Below, piece by piece: positions 62,732 to 64,000 of a stretch of DNA of 64,000 bases (positions are counted from its first letter, which is position 1; every line of letters starts with the position of its first letter). The stretch spans positions 128,001 through 192,000 of the forward strand of contig CAMTVD010000014.1 in assembly GCA_947085095.1 (NCBI GenBank), read 5' to 3'. The DNA is from an uncultured Thermus sp. GTDB taxonomy: Bacteria; Deinococcota; Deinococci; Deinococcales; Thermaceae. A program made the translations under genes and the position numbers. The notes beneath the pieces are model-generated. The model was not told the DNA's origin, searched no databases, and worked only from the letters and a program-made list of their open reading frames with translations.

Positions 62732-63922
62732 ATGCAGCAGGCGATGGTTCCCCTTTCCGAGCAGAGGACCTTTTGGAAAGTTTTCTGGCGTCGCTTCCGC
62801 CGACACCGGCTGGCCATGGCCAGTTTGGTGGTGATCCTGCTCCTCCTCCTGGTGGCCCTGCTGGCTCCCTGGATAGCCCCTTACGACCCCTTTGCCCAGC
62901 CCCGGGGGGAGGATTTTGGGGAGAGGATCTTTTCCCCTCCCAGCCGGGAGCACCCCCTGGGCACCGATGACCTGGGGCGGGACGTTCTCTCCCGTCTCAT
63001 GTATGGCGCCCGGATCTCCCTCCTGGTGGGGTTTTCCGTGGCCACCTCCAGCATTCTGGTGGGGCTCCTTATGGGGTCCTTGGCGGGGTATTTCGCCGGG
63101 CGGCCCCTGCGCTTCTACCTGGGGCCCCTGCGCCAGGCCAAGGAGGGGTTCTACCCCTGGACCTTTGCCCTTTGGCGGGTCTTCTCCTGGTTCCTTTACT
63201 ATGGGGTCCTCTTCCTCCTCTCCCAGATGTTCGTGGGGGTGACCGAAATGGGCCGGGAGGCGGGGTCCTTGGGGGCCCAGGTCTTCTTTTGGATCTCCAT
63301 GGCCTTTCTCCTCTTCGCCGCTCTCTGGGGGCTTAGGGGAGAGATCCGCTTGGACCTGGACACGGCTATAAGCCGCCTGATTGACTTCATGCTGACCATT
63401 CCCACCCTCCCCCTGCTCCTCGTCCTCTCCGCCTTCCTGCGGGACCCCAGGGTGCCCGTGGGACAGTGGGCTCAAGGGGTTTTAGGGGATGCAGCCAGCG
63501 TTTTCATCATCATCGCCATCCTCCTCCTCTTTGGCTGGCTCACCCCGGCCCGTATCGTCCGCGGCACCATTCTCTCCCTTAGGGAACAGGACTACACCAC
63601 CGCCGCCCAGGCCCTGGGGGCTTCGGACAGCCGTATCCTGTTCCGGCACCTTATCCCCAACGCCCTGGCTCCCTTGATCGTCTTGGCCACCCTGCAGGTG
63701 GGCTACGCCATCCTGGTGGAGTCTGCGCTTTCCTTCCTGGGCTTTGGCATCAAGCCCCCGGTGGCCACCTGGGGGAACATGCTGGCCAATGCCCAGGAGT
63801 ACATCTTCATGGCCCCCTGGCTGGCCCTGCCCCCTGGGTTCATGATCTTCATCACCGTCTTGGCCTTTAACTTCGTGGGGGATGGCCTTCGGGATGCCTT
63901 AGACCCCAGGAGCCGCCTCTAG
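62732..63922 (+). CDS. Peptide ABC permease (OppC/DppC-like) with an internal membrane insertion
   Basis: [45 protein letters not shown]. Confidence 0.94.
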   Translation: MQQAMVPLSEQRTFWKVFWRRFRRHRLAMASLVVILLLLLVALLAPWIAPYDPFAQPRGEDFGERIFSPPSREHPLGTDDLGRDVLSRLMYGARISLLVGFSVATSSILVGLLMGSLAGYFAGRPLRFYLGPLRQAKEGFYPWTFALWRVFSWFLYYGVLFLLSQMFVGVTEMGREAGSLGAQVFFWISMAFLLFAALWGLRGEIRLDLDTAISRLIDFMLTIPTLPLLLVLSAFLRDPRVPVGQWAQGVLGDAASVFIIIAILLLFGWLTPARIVRGTILSLREQDYTTAAQALGASDSRILFRHLIPNALAPLIVLATLQVGYAILVESALSFLGFGIKPPVATWGNMLANAQEYIFMAPWLALPPGFMIFITVLAFNFVGDGLRDALDPRSRL

Positions 63923-64000
63923 GGTGGGGCTTGAGCTTTTCCTCCGGGTAGGCGGCCTCGAGGAAGTAAAGCCCCATGGCCGGGGCGCTGGGGCCCGCCA
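63867..64000 (-). CDS. truA: tRNA pseudouridine synthase TruA, C-terminal fragment (runs off window end)
   Basis: Manual translation [21 protein letters not shown]... matches the TruA C-terminal 'AP..GL.L....Y' motif; stop at 63867 lies inside the permease gene. Confidence 0.75.
   Translation of the reverse strand, partial: AGPSAPAMGLYFLEAAYPEEKLKPHPRGGSWGLRHPEGHPPRS

Overview
This is a very GC-rich chromosomal segment from a Thermus-like bacterium (Deinococcus-Thermus). The assignment rests on the fbcCXFB cytochrome bc operon, a short zinc-finger-less HolB, a five-repeat S1 and pervasive leaderless TANNNT-N6/8-start promoters. It is mostly housekeeping: rlmB (partial), the AmmeMemoRadiSam pair amrS-amrB, two tRNA-Ser genes, sfsA, rpsA, fbcCXFB, thrS, holB-ricT, menG, arsC, pepF, mutS2, a maltose ABC operon with a GH13 enzyme, rdgB, murI, metK, a GGDEF cyclase, speA, prs, an iscA-like gene, a peptide ABC system and truA (partial). 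No CRISPR array, intact IS or prophage was found. Items worth follow-up: (1) a DUF4388/wHTH/small-membrane-protein cluster flanking an amino-acid symporter; (2) amrS-amrB without amrA, linked to a Uma2 nuclease and a SWIM protein; (3) an unannotated 53-codon ORF overlapping a strongly folded RNA candidate between rdgB and malE; (4) a covarying REP-like hairpin family that starts at stop codons; (5) a membrane-anchored coiled-coil gene with 8x33-bp hendecad repeats; (6) a decayed Phd/PIN toxin-antitoxin pair; (7) candidate Fur/Zur-, Rex-, TetR- and LacI-type operators and bidirectional leaderless promoters, one implying a CTG start. All calls come from reading the sequence by eye; no database searches were run.
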